This document shows positions 1-12,200 of a stretch of DNA of 64,000 bases, piece by piece. The DNA comes from Bugula neritina. Lineage: Eukaryota > Animalia > Bryozoa. The stretch lies in NCBI GenBank assembly GCA_964035545.1, contig OZ037771.1:10544480-10608479 (forward strand). Direction: 5' to 3'. The number at the start of each line of letters is the position of its first letter. Position 1 is the stretch's first letter. The position numbers and the translations under genes were made by a program. Under the pieces are notes generated by a model. The model did not search any database. It worked only from the letters and a program-made list of their open reading frames with translations, and was not told the origin of the DNA.

Positions 1-238
1 CTGGCCAACCTTCTAGAAGTGTTCAATAATAAACAGCTTCGAGTTGGGGGTGACTGAGTGCAGAGTTTGAAGTTGGGGGTTCAAGTTGGAGCTTGAAACC
101 CTCAACTCTAAACTCAAGAACTCCAAATTATTCCAAGCTATTGCACTCCTTTACCCTAAAGCGGAGCTGTTTGTAGAATGATTCAACCACTTCTACATTT
201 TTTTAATCTTTTAGCCATTTTTGCTATCAACCTATCAG

Positions 239-3200
239 CTGGCTCATTGAGATGATGCTTCAGCACAATCCTGAAGACAGGCCAACTGCAGATGACATAA
301 TGAGACTCCCTGCTCTCCGCCCACACATCACAGAGTATGAACGGCTGGCGCTCAGGTTAATAGAAGGCCGACAGGGAAGCAAATCAATATCACCAGTAAA
401 CATATAATTATTTCACACTAAACAAAATTTTAGATGAAGTTTTTAATTATGTTGGGTTGCAGTAGTCTTTGCTTTTAAATGCACCAATTTTACAAAATAT
501 AATATGAAAAGATTATATCTGTTTTTAAATAACCTATTACTATACCCACAGTAGTAGTCATCTAAAGTGGTGAACTGTACCTTATATAACAGGTGAGCTG
601 TACCTATAACAGGTGAACTCATGCAATGACAAGTGTCACTTTAAACTACACTTACTCGTAATGACACAAGAAATTAGCAGTTTATCTTTAACATTTTCTA
701 TAATCTGTTATGGCAGCTATTCTAACTTTAGAATTCTATTTCAGCTCAGGTTACCTTGAAAATTACAAAATAGTTTTGAACCACTTTTTTATAAAATATC
801 AACAGGGGACATAACTCCAAAATGTTTTTCAAATTTTGAAACTAGAGAGTCAAGAGGCAGTCATTAGATGTGATCCGAGTAGAAGAAGCTGAAACTTCTC
901 CCGCCTTAAAGAGACGGACAAGATCTGCTGACTCCGCGGTCAGTCCTATTTGTGAGAAAGTTCAGGTTTGAATAATTTATGCTTGTCTGCAAATTTGAAA
1001 ATTCTGTTTTTGGTACTTTTCAATCAAATCAACAATACGAATCTAAAATTTCTAAAAAAACATTCTCCCACAACTTGATTTGTTGTTGAAATTGAAATAT
1101 AATATTAGCATTTCCTGCAACATACTTGTCATTATTAAAAGCTCAACATGACGCAAATGTAGACATGATGTATAACTTGGATGTTGAAGTTGCGATTGAT
1201 TTAAAGATGCAAGTAAGGTTAAAAGGTGTTTAAATAACCGCCAATTGCTCTGCCAATAGAATACTCATGTATGTTGCTATTTATTTGCAAATAGTTTGTG
1301 AATAACACATATATATAAACTCATAATTGCAGCAATATGTTACTATTTGGTAATTGATGTATTATATGACAGCTGAGATGTTGCTTATATTTTGTGTTGA
1401 ATTAGTGGTGTTTTTGTTTGATGTTAGTTGAAGATTGCAAAAATGTGCAGTTTTGGGCTCTCTTCTAACTAACAAATTTGGAGAAGAAGACTAACTTTGA
1501 TATGTTTTCAATTTACAAAATGCTCATAACTCCAGACTTTAATTTTTCCCTATAAAATTGCATCAATAAAAGTAATTCCTTTTCAATACCACTTATCAAA
1601 ATGTTTCAGGATTTAAGTTGGAGTAGAATGCATTTTCACCATAAATTATCAAAACAATACAATATAATATAGTTATAAATATATATATACTTTAGTTTAA
1701 GATATAGTAAGCGTAAATTAAGTTGTTCAAGAAATATAATATAATAATATAATATAGTAATATAATATAGTAATTGTAGTATAATGTTGTTTACAATTGC
1801 TGAGTTATTTATATACCTAACAGTAATATGCTATTAATATATATGATGTCGTAGATTTGTGATTCATTCCTATGTTATATATATATACCTTACACTTATG
1901 ATCAGCAGCAGTTCTTTCTATGCTGTCAAGCTGTATACTTTATACCTTACAATAATAAACGTCACGATACATTATTCCAATGGTCTCATCTTAATTATTA
2001 CCCACGCAAACGTACAACAAACAAGAAACATTACATGGTGTCAGAAGTGTGTGACCTGAAAGAAGAATAATGGCTACAAGAGCACCTTCATCATTTGACT
2101 TCACTAACCCAAGTGGATGGGGTGAGTGGATACGAAGATATAGCAGATATCATAATGTGACAAAAATGTCAAAAGAAGCTGATGACTTACAAATAGACAG
2201 TCTATTATATACGATGGGAGAAGCAGCCGAGGACATTTTTATACAGCTACCACTCACAAATGATGACAGAAAGAAATATGATAAGGTAAAGGAAGCATTT
2301 GACACATATTTCAAACCTAGGACAAACAAGGCACATCACATTGTGCAGTTCAATGGAAGAACTCAGGAACCTAATGAAAACAATGAGGAGTATATCCGGG
2401 CACTATACTCTTTAGCACAACATTGCGAATTTGGCAATGCGGTAAATGATAACATTAAATATAGATTGCTGACAGGGATGAAAGACAAGGCTCTGTCAAT
2501 TGAGCTACAGCAACTGACAGAAGAGCAGTTAACGCTAGAAAACGTAACACAACGCATGAGAGCCAAAGAGATAATACAGAGAAACCTTGCGAATGCTGCA
2601 CCAGAGCAACCAGCAGATGTAGATGTGATAAGGAAAAAAGATCACTCAAACAATTTTCAGCCAAAAAAACATACAATGGATATTATTAACAACTGCCATA
2701 GCTGCGGATCTAGTCACAGAAGGAGACACTGCCCAGCGTATGGAAAATCCTGTAACAAATGTGGTAAATTTAATCACTTTGCTAAGGTATGTAGATCTAA
2801 GGCTATAACGAAATCTACAACTAATGCTGTACAAGTACCAGATGCTACTACAGATGTCAATGAGGAACCATGCATGTTTAATGTAGGATTATGTAGCAAT
2901 GTTAAGCTTAATGCATGCAATTCTTCAGTTTGGTTTGAAAATTTTGTTTTTGGTAAAACTAAGGTTGCCATGAAAGTTGATACAGGTGCACAAGTTAATG
3001 TTTTGACAAGAGATATTTTTGAAAATCTTGATGTAAGTAGGGAACTTAGAAAAGCTGGTACAAAGCTCACAGGCTACACTGGTCATGTTATTCCAGTAGA
3101 TGGAGTCGTAGAACTGCCATTCAGTTTTAGGGGTAAAACCTACAAATCTGAGTTCTATGTAACCACCGCTAAAAACACACCTCTTTTGGGCTTGCCCACC

Positions 3201-6200
3201 ATCAAGGAGCTTGGTCTAATAGGAATAGATCAGGTAGAGCAAGTAGATACTGATAGCAGTAAGTTGATAGTTGAAGAATTCAAGGATGTTTTTGAGGGGT
3301 TTGGAAAATTAGACATAGAACACCACATTACACTAAGACCTGAGGCTAAGCCAGTAGTATGTAATGTTAGACCTGTTCCCATAAATGTAAAACCAAAGCT
3401 AAAAGCAGAGCTTGATAGGCTTGAGAAATTAGAAATTATTCAAAAATGCAACGAGCCTTCAGATTGGGTTTCACCCATTGTAGTAGCGGAAAAGCCTAAC
3501 AACCAAATAAGGCTTTGCTTAGATCCTAGGCTGTTGAACAAAGAGATCATGAGAGAGCACTATAAGTTGCCTACAACTACAGAGATATACAGCAGGATAG
3601 GCCAGTCAAAATTCTTTAGTACTCTAGATGCTACAAATGGTTTTCACCAGATACCACTTGATGTAGAAAGTTGTAAATTGACAACATTTATTACACCCTA
3701 TGGGCGTTACAACTACAAACGACTGCCGTTCGGGTTAAATTCAAGTGCTGAGGTTTTTCATAAAACAATGTGTCAAAAACTAGGTGATATAGAGGGAATT
3801 GAAATCTATATTGATGATTTGCTAATCCATGCACCTACTAAAGAGATTCATGACCGAAGGCTTAGGGAAGTTTTGTTGAGATGCCGTGAGATAAATCTGA
3901 AATTAAACCCTGAGAAGTGTGCTATAGGTAGACAAGTAGTTAACTTTCTAGGCCATGAAATTTCAGGTGATGGAATTTTGCCAAAAAGAAATAGGGCTAA
4001 AGCAATTCAGGAAATGCTGACTCCCACATGCAAAAATGATGTTCAACGATTTCTTGGGTTTGTTAATTATATGGGAAAATTCTGCCCTGATTTGGCAAAT
4101 GAAACACAACCATTGCGACAGCTGTTGAAAAAGAATACAACTTTTATTTGGGAAAAGGCACACAATAATGCATTTGTTAAAATTAAGCAACTTGTCTCAA
4201 ATGCACCACTTTTGAAGCATTTTAATTCTGATGAAGAAATAACACTGCAAGTGGATGCTAGTTCATTTAGCTTGGGGGCAGTTTTAATGCAAAAAGGCCA
4301 ACCAGTGGAATTTGCAGCCAAGTCATTAACTGACACTCAGAAGCGCTATGCACAAATAGAAAAGGAATTGTTAGCAGTGTTGTTTGGCTGTAGGAAGTTT
4401 CATTATTATGTCTATGGAGGTAGCAAATTTTTTGTGCAAACTGACCACAAGCCTTTACTAGGCATAGTGGAGAAAAACATAGAGGACACAAATCCTAGAA
4501 TTAGGAGAATGCTGCTTGAGTTAATGTCCTACGATTTCAAATTAGTGTACAAGAAAGGTAATGAAATGTACATAGCTGATATGCTGAGTAGAGCATCATA
4601 CCCTGGCATAGATACATCTGTAAATGTTGCTGAATTTGATCCTATGAACAAGTTGCCTGAAATGATATTTTGTTCTGACCAAGCTAAAGCAGAATACAAA
4701 CAAGCAGTTTTGAGCGACAGAGAGCTACAGGCACTCAAACTATTTGTAATTAATGGATGGCCGCCATATAGGAAATCGTGCAGCTTTGTTGGAAGAAAAT
4801 ATTGGCCATGGCGTAATGAAATTGGAATTTGTGATGAATTTCTATTTGTTGGTTCAAAGCTGATGGTACCAATGCCAAAACAAACAGAAATTTTGCAAAA
4901 ATTACATAAGTCACATCAAGGCATTGTGAAAACAAAGGCATTGGCAAAAACAGTGGTGTTTTGGCCTGGAATAAACAATCAAATTGAGGAAATGATTCAG
5001 TCATGCGTGCAATGTAGGGAAAACATTGAGCAGCAATGTAGGCAGCCAATGATGGCTAGTGAGATACCTAAATATCCTTTTCATACAGTAGCAGCTGACT
5101 TGTTTTCTTTGGACGGAAATGATTTCATGTTAATTGTTGATTACTTTAGCAAGTGGTTAATTATTGAGCCATTAAAGACGACAACAAGCTCATCAGTGAT
5201 TCAGTGTTTTGAGAAAACATTTGCTGATTTTGGGGTTGCATGTGTACTTAGAAGTGATAATGGGCCCCAGTTTACTAGTCAACAATTCAAAATATTTTTG
5301 AATGAACAAGGCATTGAGCATTTGACATCTTCACCAGGGTATCCACAGAGTAATGGGTGTGCAGAAAGGTACGTTAGGACTGCAAAAGCTTTACTAAAAA
5401 AATGCAAAGCTGAAGGCAAAACATTTTATGGTGGTTTGAGAAATTTGAGAAACACTCCAATAAGTGATAAAATACCATCGCCAGCTGTACTACTACAAGG
5501 TAGAGTGCTGCCAGACACTCTTCCTAGAGATTTGAAAACGCTTTTTCCAAATAGCTATGACAAACAGATAATTCAAAATGAATTTGAGATTGTCAAATCT
5601 ACGCAGAAATTAAATTATGACAGACATGCTAAGTCTGAACTTTCAGTTTTAAAACCTGGTCAGAGAGTTCGTGCAAAAATTAATGATAAGGGGATTTTGG
5701 GAAAAATTCAGAAACAAGACCTGACTGGTCCAAGGTCATACTGGGTAGTAACCGACGAGAATAAATTGTACCGTAGAACTAGAGGGGATATAACTTTAAC
5801 AAATGAGCCTCAACAAATACCTACTCCTGTATTGCCCCCTATGCACAGATCTATCCCTGCCGTACCTGGCCCTCCTATAGATCAAGCTGATGATTCAAAC
5901 AGTTCACAATCTGAAAATAGTTCGAATGTAAATCCTCCAGGTGCATATAGAACTCAGAGAGGAAGGTTAGTTAGAAAACCAGAGAGATTAGGTTATGACA
6001 TATAGAATTAACGATAACATGCCATGGGTAGTAGTTGAGCTTTAGACCAGCACCTAGCAATTAATAGCATGCAGAGTTTGTATTCATTTATTATGTCATT
6101 ATAATCATTAGTGAGAATTAGTTTAGTTGCATGCCAACTTTTCATCATGCTTATACTGTTGTTTTATGCTTTTCTATTATAAAACATTTAGAAAGGGGAG

Positions 6201-8152
6201 ATGTAGTATAATGTTGTTTACAATTGCTGAGTTATTTATATACCTAACAGTAATATGCTATTAATATATATGATGTCGTAGATTTGTGATTCATTCCTAT
6301 GTTATATATATATACCTTACACTTATGATCAGCAGCAGTTCTTTCTATGCTGTCAAGCTGTATACTTTATACCTTACAATAATAAACGTCACGATACATT
6401 ATTCCAATGGTCTCATCTTAATTATTACCCACGCAAACGTACAACAAACAAGAAACATTACAGTAATATAATATATAACATGATAATATAATGTTATAAA
6501 TTTATATTTCTTGTGACCATAGACAAAAAAACTGGATTTAAGGAAGTCGGTCATATTGCGTCAGGCTATGATAAGAGATGGCAGCCCTCTCAATAGTTCC
6601 ACGTATAGACTGAGCTCCCCAGATGTGTCTCCAATAGCCTCGGAGTCTACCAGTGATGATTCGACAAGTGACAGCTCCCTGGATGTAGAAGATGATGTGT
6701 TTCATAGTGAAGATAGTCAACCAAAATCAGGTTCATAAATTTAGAACTTATGCACAATAAGTGAGAACATATGCTGGTACCTTTAGGATATATATCTATT
6801 TATTTATATGTTTGAGCTGCTTTAATTTCTTTTGATATGTTCAACATAAGCAACATAATAAATACTCAGCTTTTTAGATATTTCAAATAAAGTTATAAAG
6901 TGTTTAAATAACTGCCAATTCGCTTTCAAATTTTTTCAAAGCAAAAAACTTTTTTCAAATGAAATAAACCACAGTGCAAGACATAAAACACAGAATCTAT
7001 CAGAGTATCACTATTTGTAACATGAAAAGTTTTCAAAAAATTTGTGATTCTTCCTCAAGTACATCAAATATTCTAAAAATACTGATAATTTGTCAATTAC
7101 GCATTCATAGGGATACAAAAATAATACCACTAAAATTTAATAAATAAATCTAAACTGTAAGTTCCAGACTGCTGGCCGGTGCTGCAATTAATAAAATATA
7201 ACACTAAAACTTGTAAAAGTAGTATTTTATAAGAAACTTAAAATGACTTGTCCAATTTTTGCTTCAATAATTGGATGGTGTGTTGTAGAGTTGCTAGATG
7301 TGTACTGCAAAGCGCTGGCAAAGGCCAAACACACTGATTCCTTGTCTGCTGCAAAAGATATTCAGCAGAGTGTCATTGACCAGCTGGGCACAAGGAGATC
7401 TGATCAACTCATGGTGATGACTCATCACTGCATGAATCAGATGATTGCCAGTTCTTCTCAATCCCAGCCACTCGAGTGAGTTAGCCTTGGACATAACATA
7501 TGCATGTTAAGTTTGGTATTTCACAAGGAAATTATATTATATTTCAAAATTTGATTTGACAATGTACTGTAATTATAAATTTATAACAAATTACTGATAG
7601 TTAATCATTATCATCTTATTGTAGTATTCTTTCTTATAGTCATTTACACTTTTTTTCAGATAAGTAACTTATTATGGATTATCCAAACACTGCTGATAAA
7701 ATATTGCAGACAATTCATTGTATTATAATGAATTTCCTGCAACTGTTATGAAGTAGCAAATCAGAACTTGTAATAAACTTGACCCAGAGTTAAAACAGTG
7801 GTTAAATGAATAGAAATAGAAAAAAAAGTCTTGGTTAAATTTAAAATAGATTATGATATTTCCTGTGGCCGGTAGTCTACCCTGAAAATACATCATACAG
7901 TTTAGAAAGAGCACTCTGTAAACTAAAAGTATTGCTGCTGTAATATTTATGTTAAACATCTATTTATATTATACGAATTGTATTAAATGACTTGTATATT
8001 TTTCATCAGTAGGTTTTCAAAATGGTTTTAGCAGTATCTGAATCTAATAACTGTCTTATTTTAGAGAATTAAAAGCTGCTTTTGCTGAAAATAATGTATC
8101 AGAAGAGCTTTCCATGCTCATGATGCTACAATGGTTCTTTACCAAACTATGA
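239..8152 (+). CDS. 3' part of a NEK-like Ser/Thr protein kinase gene; 5 exons in the window, upstream exons lie outside it
   Basis: Phase-consistent GT-AG exons 239-395, 846-965, 6523-6730, 7289-7475, 8065-8152 (stop TGA 8150-8152). The first exon reads WLIEMMLQHNPEDRPTADDIMRLPAL, i.e. kinase subdomain XI (LI..ML..NP..RP) as in NEK kinases. A Ser/Asp-rich linker and a helical tail ending ...MLQWFFTKL* follow. AATAAA at 8292-8297. The family call is tentative. Confidence 0.7.
1775..2035 (+). repeat. 5' LTR
   Basis: TGTAGT...ATTACA; direct repeat of 6202-6462; contains AATAAA at 1954-1959. Confidence 0.97.
2036..2049 (+). promoter_or_regulatory. Primer binding site complementary to the 3' end of tRNA-Leu
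   Basis: TGGTGTCAGAAGTG directly after the 5' LTR; reverse complement of ...CACTTCTGACACCA of tRNA-Leu(CAA). Confidence 0.88.
2070..6005 (+). CDS. Gag-Pol polyprotein (Gag with two Zn knuckles, aspartic protease, RT, RNase H, integrase), 1311 aa
   Basis: Knuckles CHSCGSSHRRRHC and CNKCGKFNHFAKVC; protease VDTGA; RT LPFGL...YIDD; RNase H VDAS...EKE...TDH; integrase H...H...C..C with DLF...SDNGPQF...GCAER. Order PR-RT-RH-IN is Gypsy; single uninterrupted frame. Confidence 0.98.
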   Translation: MATRAPSSFDFTNPSGWGEWIRRYSRYHNVTKMSKEADDLQIDSLLYTMGEAAEDIFIQLPLTNDDRKKYDKVKEAFDTYFKPRTNKAHHIVQFNGRTQEPNENNEEYIRALYSLAQHCEFGNAVNDNIKYRLLTGMKDKALSIELQQLTEEQLTLENVTQRMRAKEIIQRNLANAAPEQPADVDVIRKKDHSNNFQPKKHTMDIINNCHSCGSSHRRRHCPAYGKSCNKCGKFNHFAKVCRSKAITKSTTNAVQVPDATTDVNEEPCMFNVGLCSNVKLNACNSSVWFENFVFGKTKVAMKVDTGAQVNVLTRDIFENLDVSRELRKAGTKLTGYTGHVIPVDGVVELPFSFRGKTYKSEFYVTTAKNTPLLGLPTIKELGLIGIDQVEQVDTDSSKLIVEEFKDVFEGFGKLDIEHHITLRPEAKPVVCNVRPVPINVKPKLKAELDRLEKLEIIQKCNEPSDWVSPIVVAEKPNNQIRLCLDPRLLNKEIMREHYKLPTTTEIYSRIGQSKFFSTLDATNGFHQIPLDVESCKLTTFITPYGRYNYKRLPFGLNSSAEVFHKTMCQKLGDIEGIEIYIDDLLIHAPTKEIHDRRLREVLLRCREINLKLNPEKCAIGRQVVNFLGHEISGDGILPKRNRAKAIQEMLTPTCKNDVQRFLGFVNYMGKFCPDLANETQPLRQLLKKNTTFIWEKAHNNAFVKIKQLVSNAPLLKHFNSDEEITLQVDASSFSLGAVLMQKGQPVEFAAKSLTDTQKRYAQIEKELLAVLFGCRKFHYYVYGGSKFFVQTDHKPLLGIVEKNIEDTNPRIRRMLLELMSYDFKLVYKKGNEMYIADMLSRASYPGIDTSVNVAEFDPMNKLPEMIFCSDQAKAEYKQAVLSDRELQALKLFVINGWPPYRKSCSFVGRKYWPWRNEIGICDEFLFVGSKLMVPMPKQTEILQKLHKSHQGIVKTKALAKTVVFWPGINNQIEEMIQSCVQCRENIEQQCRQPMMASEIPKYPFHTVAADLFSLDGNDFMLIVDYFSKWLIIEPLKTTTSSSVIQCFEKTFADFGVACVLRSDNGPQFTSQQFKIFLNEQGIEHLTSSPGYPQSNGCAERYVRTAKALLKKCKAEGKTFYGGLRNLRNTPISDKIPSPAVLLQGRVLPDTLPRDLKTLFPNSYDKQIIQNEFEIVKSTQKLNYDRHAKSELSVLKPGQRVRAKINDKGILGKIQKQDLTGPRSYWVVTDENKLYRRTRGDITLTNEPQQIPTPVLPPMHRSIPAVPGPPIDQADDSNSSQSENSSNVNPPGAYRTQRGRLVRKPERLGYDI
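6202..6462 (+). repeat. 3' LTR
   Basis: Copy of 1775-2035, preceded by the polypurine tract and followed by TSD GTAAT. Confidence 0.97.
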
Positions 8153-9292
8153 CTCACATTTTCGATTGGTCACCTTGAAGGAGAGCATTTTCAATATCCT
8201 CAACACGATACCTCAACTAAGAAGGAAAAACTCAATTATGTTATACTTGTTATCAAACATTGTAATTAACTATATTTTGCTAATTTATTCTAATAAAAAG
8301 CTTCAATAGACTTGATTGGTATTGGTAGTATGAATACGCATGATGTTCTATACAGAAAGAAAATACTTTATTGAAATATTTACAGCATGATTCAGTACCA
8401 GTAATTGGTGCTCAAGAGTAACTGATGAGACAACTCCCAGCTTGCTTTGCTTTTGCAACAATGTTGACCTCATTTAGGCAAAATATTCCAAACTAAAAAG
8501 GAGCATTTCAGCATTTGAACTATAAATGAGAAGGCAGTCTACATATGAGAACTACCAAATCGGGAAAATATTTACCTGTTTTAGAGCAACACAGATATAC
8601 AATAACAAAACTACCATGAGTCAGTAGGAAAATATGTATGTACAGCCCATAAAATAAAAATATAATAAAAATAATAAAGATAAAGCCAGTATGTTGATTG
8701 CAGTTGGTGGCTGCATGTCTAGCAATTCAACAGTGATTGTGCATAAAGTCCACGCCAGATAAGTTACAGCAAAAATTCTCAACTAACATTTAAACATTAC
8801 AATTAGTTAATATAAAGAAGTATGGATTGAAAATTTACAACATAAAATTCTAGAATGAATTGAAAAATGTACACTTATGGGACTACTAGTCTATTTACAG
8901 TTGAGTTTTATAGAAACAGCATGGGGAGAACACTTGCCAAATAATAAAAACATGGCCAGATCCCTTCAGGCAGTTTTTAAAAAAATAAAATTTAATCACA
9001 AGGCTTTCCCAAAATCAATATGTTTCTATCACCATTTCACTATTCAACTTTCAAATCAATAGAAGAATTTCATGATTACAACAACTGGAAAATAAATGCA
9101 ATACCATCAGTGACCAAAATGACACAGCTGCAAAAATACTTGGTTAAAAAAGAACATTTCCAGATCTATATTCAATTTTAAATATGACCTAAGAGTAATT
9201 GAAAGATGTTTCTAAACTAAATCCCAGCAGAGTTTCTAGAATTATCTACTATTGTACATATTTACATATTAGAGAGAGAGAGAAAGAGAGAG

Positions 9293-12200
9293 CTACCTTG
9301 ATATACTGCTAGCACTGCTACTACAACTACTCGGTATACTCTCACTTTCCACAGTTCTACTGGTAGAGTTACTACTACTATTGTTATTATTACTGTTGGG
9401 AGTAGAGTCAAACATGTCACTTTCACTGTCAGTGGTAGTTGTACTATAAGTATCCAGTGCTGTCAAAGGACTAAACCCGCCGATAGAGCTTGGCAGAGAG
9501 GGGCATATTGGAGCGACAGTGTGGTTCACCGTTCCTGTGGAAGAATGGTCTGAGACGCTGTCGTCAAAGCTTCCTGTTGACATGCTGCTGCAAGTGACAT
9601 GAGAGAAGACAGTGAGCACAGGTACTCTGTGGATATATTCAATATTCACAGACAAGACTGCGGAGATGTCCAACAGGCAGCATTAGAAATAATATTATCA
9701 TCATTAAGCTGAAACAAGATAATCCTTATACGAAGACATGCCAAGCATGTAGAGAAAGATGTATATATTTGAGAAGATGACTGCAGCATAGTACTGTGCT
9801 ACTGCTCTCTATACACCAGTTGATAAATACAGATATAAAAAGTACCTGTGTAACTGGGGCCGTTGTGAGGGCATATCAACACTGTTTCTCATCTGATTGT
9901 TAGAGTGTAGTTGCTGAGCTAGATGGTTAGACTGAGAGTTGAGTTGAAGAGAGGCGGGTGAGAGAAGGCTTCCACTCGATCCGGTAAAGATTCTCTTTGG
10001 CTGACTGAATCCAGACTCTGTATCACTATCCACTGCAGTATAGGAGGAGACTATCAACATGTGTGAGGGGAGACAACTCAAATACTGAATATTCATACAC
10101 ATCTATTGAGTAAGAAGCAGCTATAAACATAACTAATAGCTGTGCAGCAGATGAGAATGAATACTATTGAGTAAAATTCTTACTTAGATTTTTAATCTAA
10201 GGAAATGTCGATCGGTGTAATGTTAAAAATTCACAGTCAGATTTCAATTAAAACCAATTATCAGGCATTTGACGACAAGTTGTTTTTAGCCCTGTAACTT
10301 ACACTTTCTCTTGTGTGTTATTGCTGTTAAAGCTGATGGTTTCAAGGTAACTATGGGACTGAGGCTGCGTCTAGCTACTCGTCTTGTAGGACTGGGTGAC
10401 GGTGAAGGAGTGAAGTTAAAGTTATGATGCAGGATCACTGGCGCTTGCATTGAGGGTGAGAAACATTGCTGTGAATACAATAGAGGAGTTGTGAACAAAC
10501 AGAGAGAATACTGCTGCTTAGTGACGCAATAAACTCACAAGTTATAACCAAATGTGCATACATGGACACTACATTGCTTGATAGCTATCTTAAATAATCA
10601 TGAAAAAATTGACTAGCAGTTGGTTAGATACGAATCACTACTCACCCTGCCAACTCTGGTGGGCGAAGGAGAACTGGCTACAGGAAATCCCGAGGTAAAT
10701 ATATGTAAAGATTCACTGAGAGATCGAGGTCTGTCTTTATTGGAATCCATTTTGTTAGAATCGTCTTTTGATGTATCGTCTCTATGGGTATCACCCTGGG
10801 AAGACAATGGGCTGGATGTACAGGGAATCACCATGATAAGGAATGTGGCAGGAGTAAAGCCTTAACCATGCCCATAGTGTGCACACGATATAGGAAAGGG
10901 CCAACTCTGTCACAGCTTGTCTTCATATTTTAAGCAAATTATGTTACTTCTAAATTTAATTTGTGTGCAATAGAATGTTTTAGTGGCAATACTGGAGAAA
11001 CAGTATATGTGATATGATAACTGATAACTATTACACGTGCTAACTCACAGGTTCAAGAGCGGTATGAGAGAACAACTCATACTAAGCAATTTGAAACTAC
11101 TTCAAATAATTCAGTCAACAGCAAAATTGAAGATCTGCAAATAGTTGCTTTCTTTGAATATGCTGAGATAGAACCGATGGCACATTTCAACCCCATGAGC
11201 TAAAGCTGAGCTGCAGTACCCCACAAGCAATTGTTAAGTGATGAAGTATGGGAGCAGTAGAGGTCTAGTTTTATTAGTTTGTATATTTAATGAGAATCAA
11301 GCAGACTGTGACTTACAGCTTCATAACCCACTCCGTCAACATAGTGGCTATGGGATGCATATACTTGATATAGTGTTGTGACACTTAATATAGAAATGTG
11401 ACACTTAAATTAGTAATGTATACACTCACTATAGTGTTGTGACACTTACTATAGAGATGTGACACTTACTACAGTATTGTGACACTTATTACAGTGTTGT
11501 GACACTTATTACAGTGATGTGACACTTATTACAGTGATGTGACACTTACTATGCTGAAGTGCTCGTCCCAGGATTGTGACATTTGCATGGACGTCTGGAG
11601 TCGGCGCTCATGTTTGATTTCGCGGTGAGCGTTTGTCTCGATTTCCTCGTCATGTTTGATTTGATGAACTCTGCTAGGTACTTTGATAGGAGTGGTTATC
11701 TGCATAGAAATACTTCCTATGTTATTACAGATGAGTGCAACAAGACACTGTTGATACTGATCCTGCAGCTAAAGGCAACAGCTGAATATATATACTAATA
11801 GCAACAGTAAAGGTTTTTAACTGAGGTCAAAAATTATGTTCAACCATTTTCATATGTTCATATTTATAGAGTGACATGACCGACAGAAATTGATTGAGTA
11901 AACTGTGCCTCTTACTAAAACGTCTCCACATAACAAACAAATGAGCTGACACAAAAGTATTGTATTTGCTTCATGAAGAACTAACTGCAGAGGATAAGGT
12001 TGAGCTGGGTACGCAATTGTCAAAGTGAATAACTAAGCTCATCTCTCAGAATGTCAGGAAATTGATTAATCAGCAAAAACGATTTAATTGAACAGATGGA
12101 CTGCGTAAAATAGACTGTACAAGTTGATTAATACTGCTAGCTACAAGTAGCTTGTGTGTGTAAGTTTTATGGCACAAAGTCACTAGACTGTTGTGAGAGA

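Larger units (their letters stand above)
1775..6462 (+). mobile_element. Full-length Ty3/Gypsy (Mag-like) LTR retrotransposon
   Basis: LTRs 1775-2035 and 6202-6462 (261 bp, TG...CA, no differences seen by eye). 5-bp TSD GTAAT at 1770-1774 and 6463-6467. PBS at 2036-2049, polypurine tract AGAAAGGGGAGA at 6190-6201, intact polyprotein. Confidence 0.98.

Noticed and set aside
62-116. Short imperfect hairpin near the window start
   Set aside because: Too short and degenerate to assign; probably a repeat remnant.
1859-6471. Twin 66/61-aa ORFs beginning MIHSYVIY
   Set aside because: Chance ORFs within the two LTR copies.
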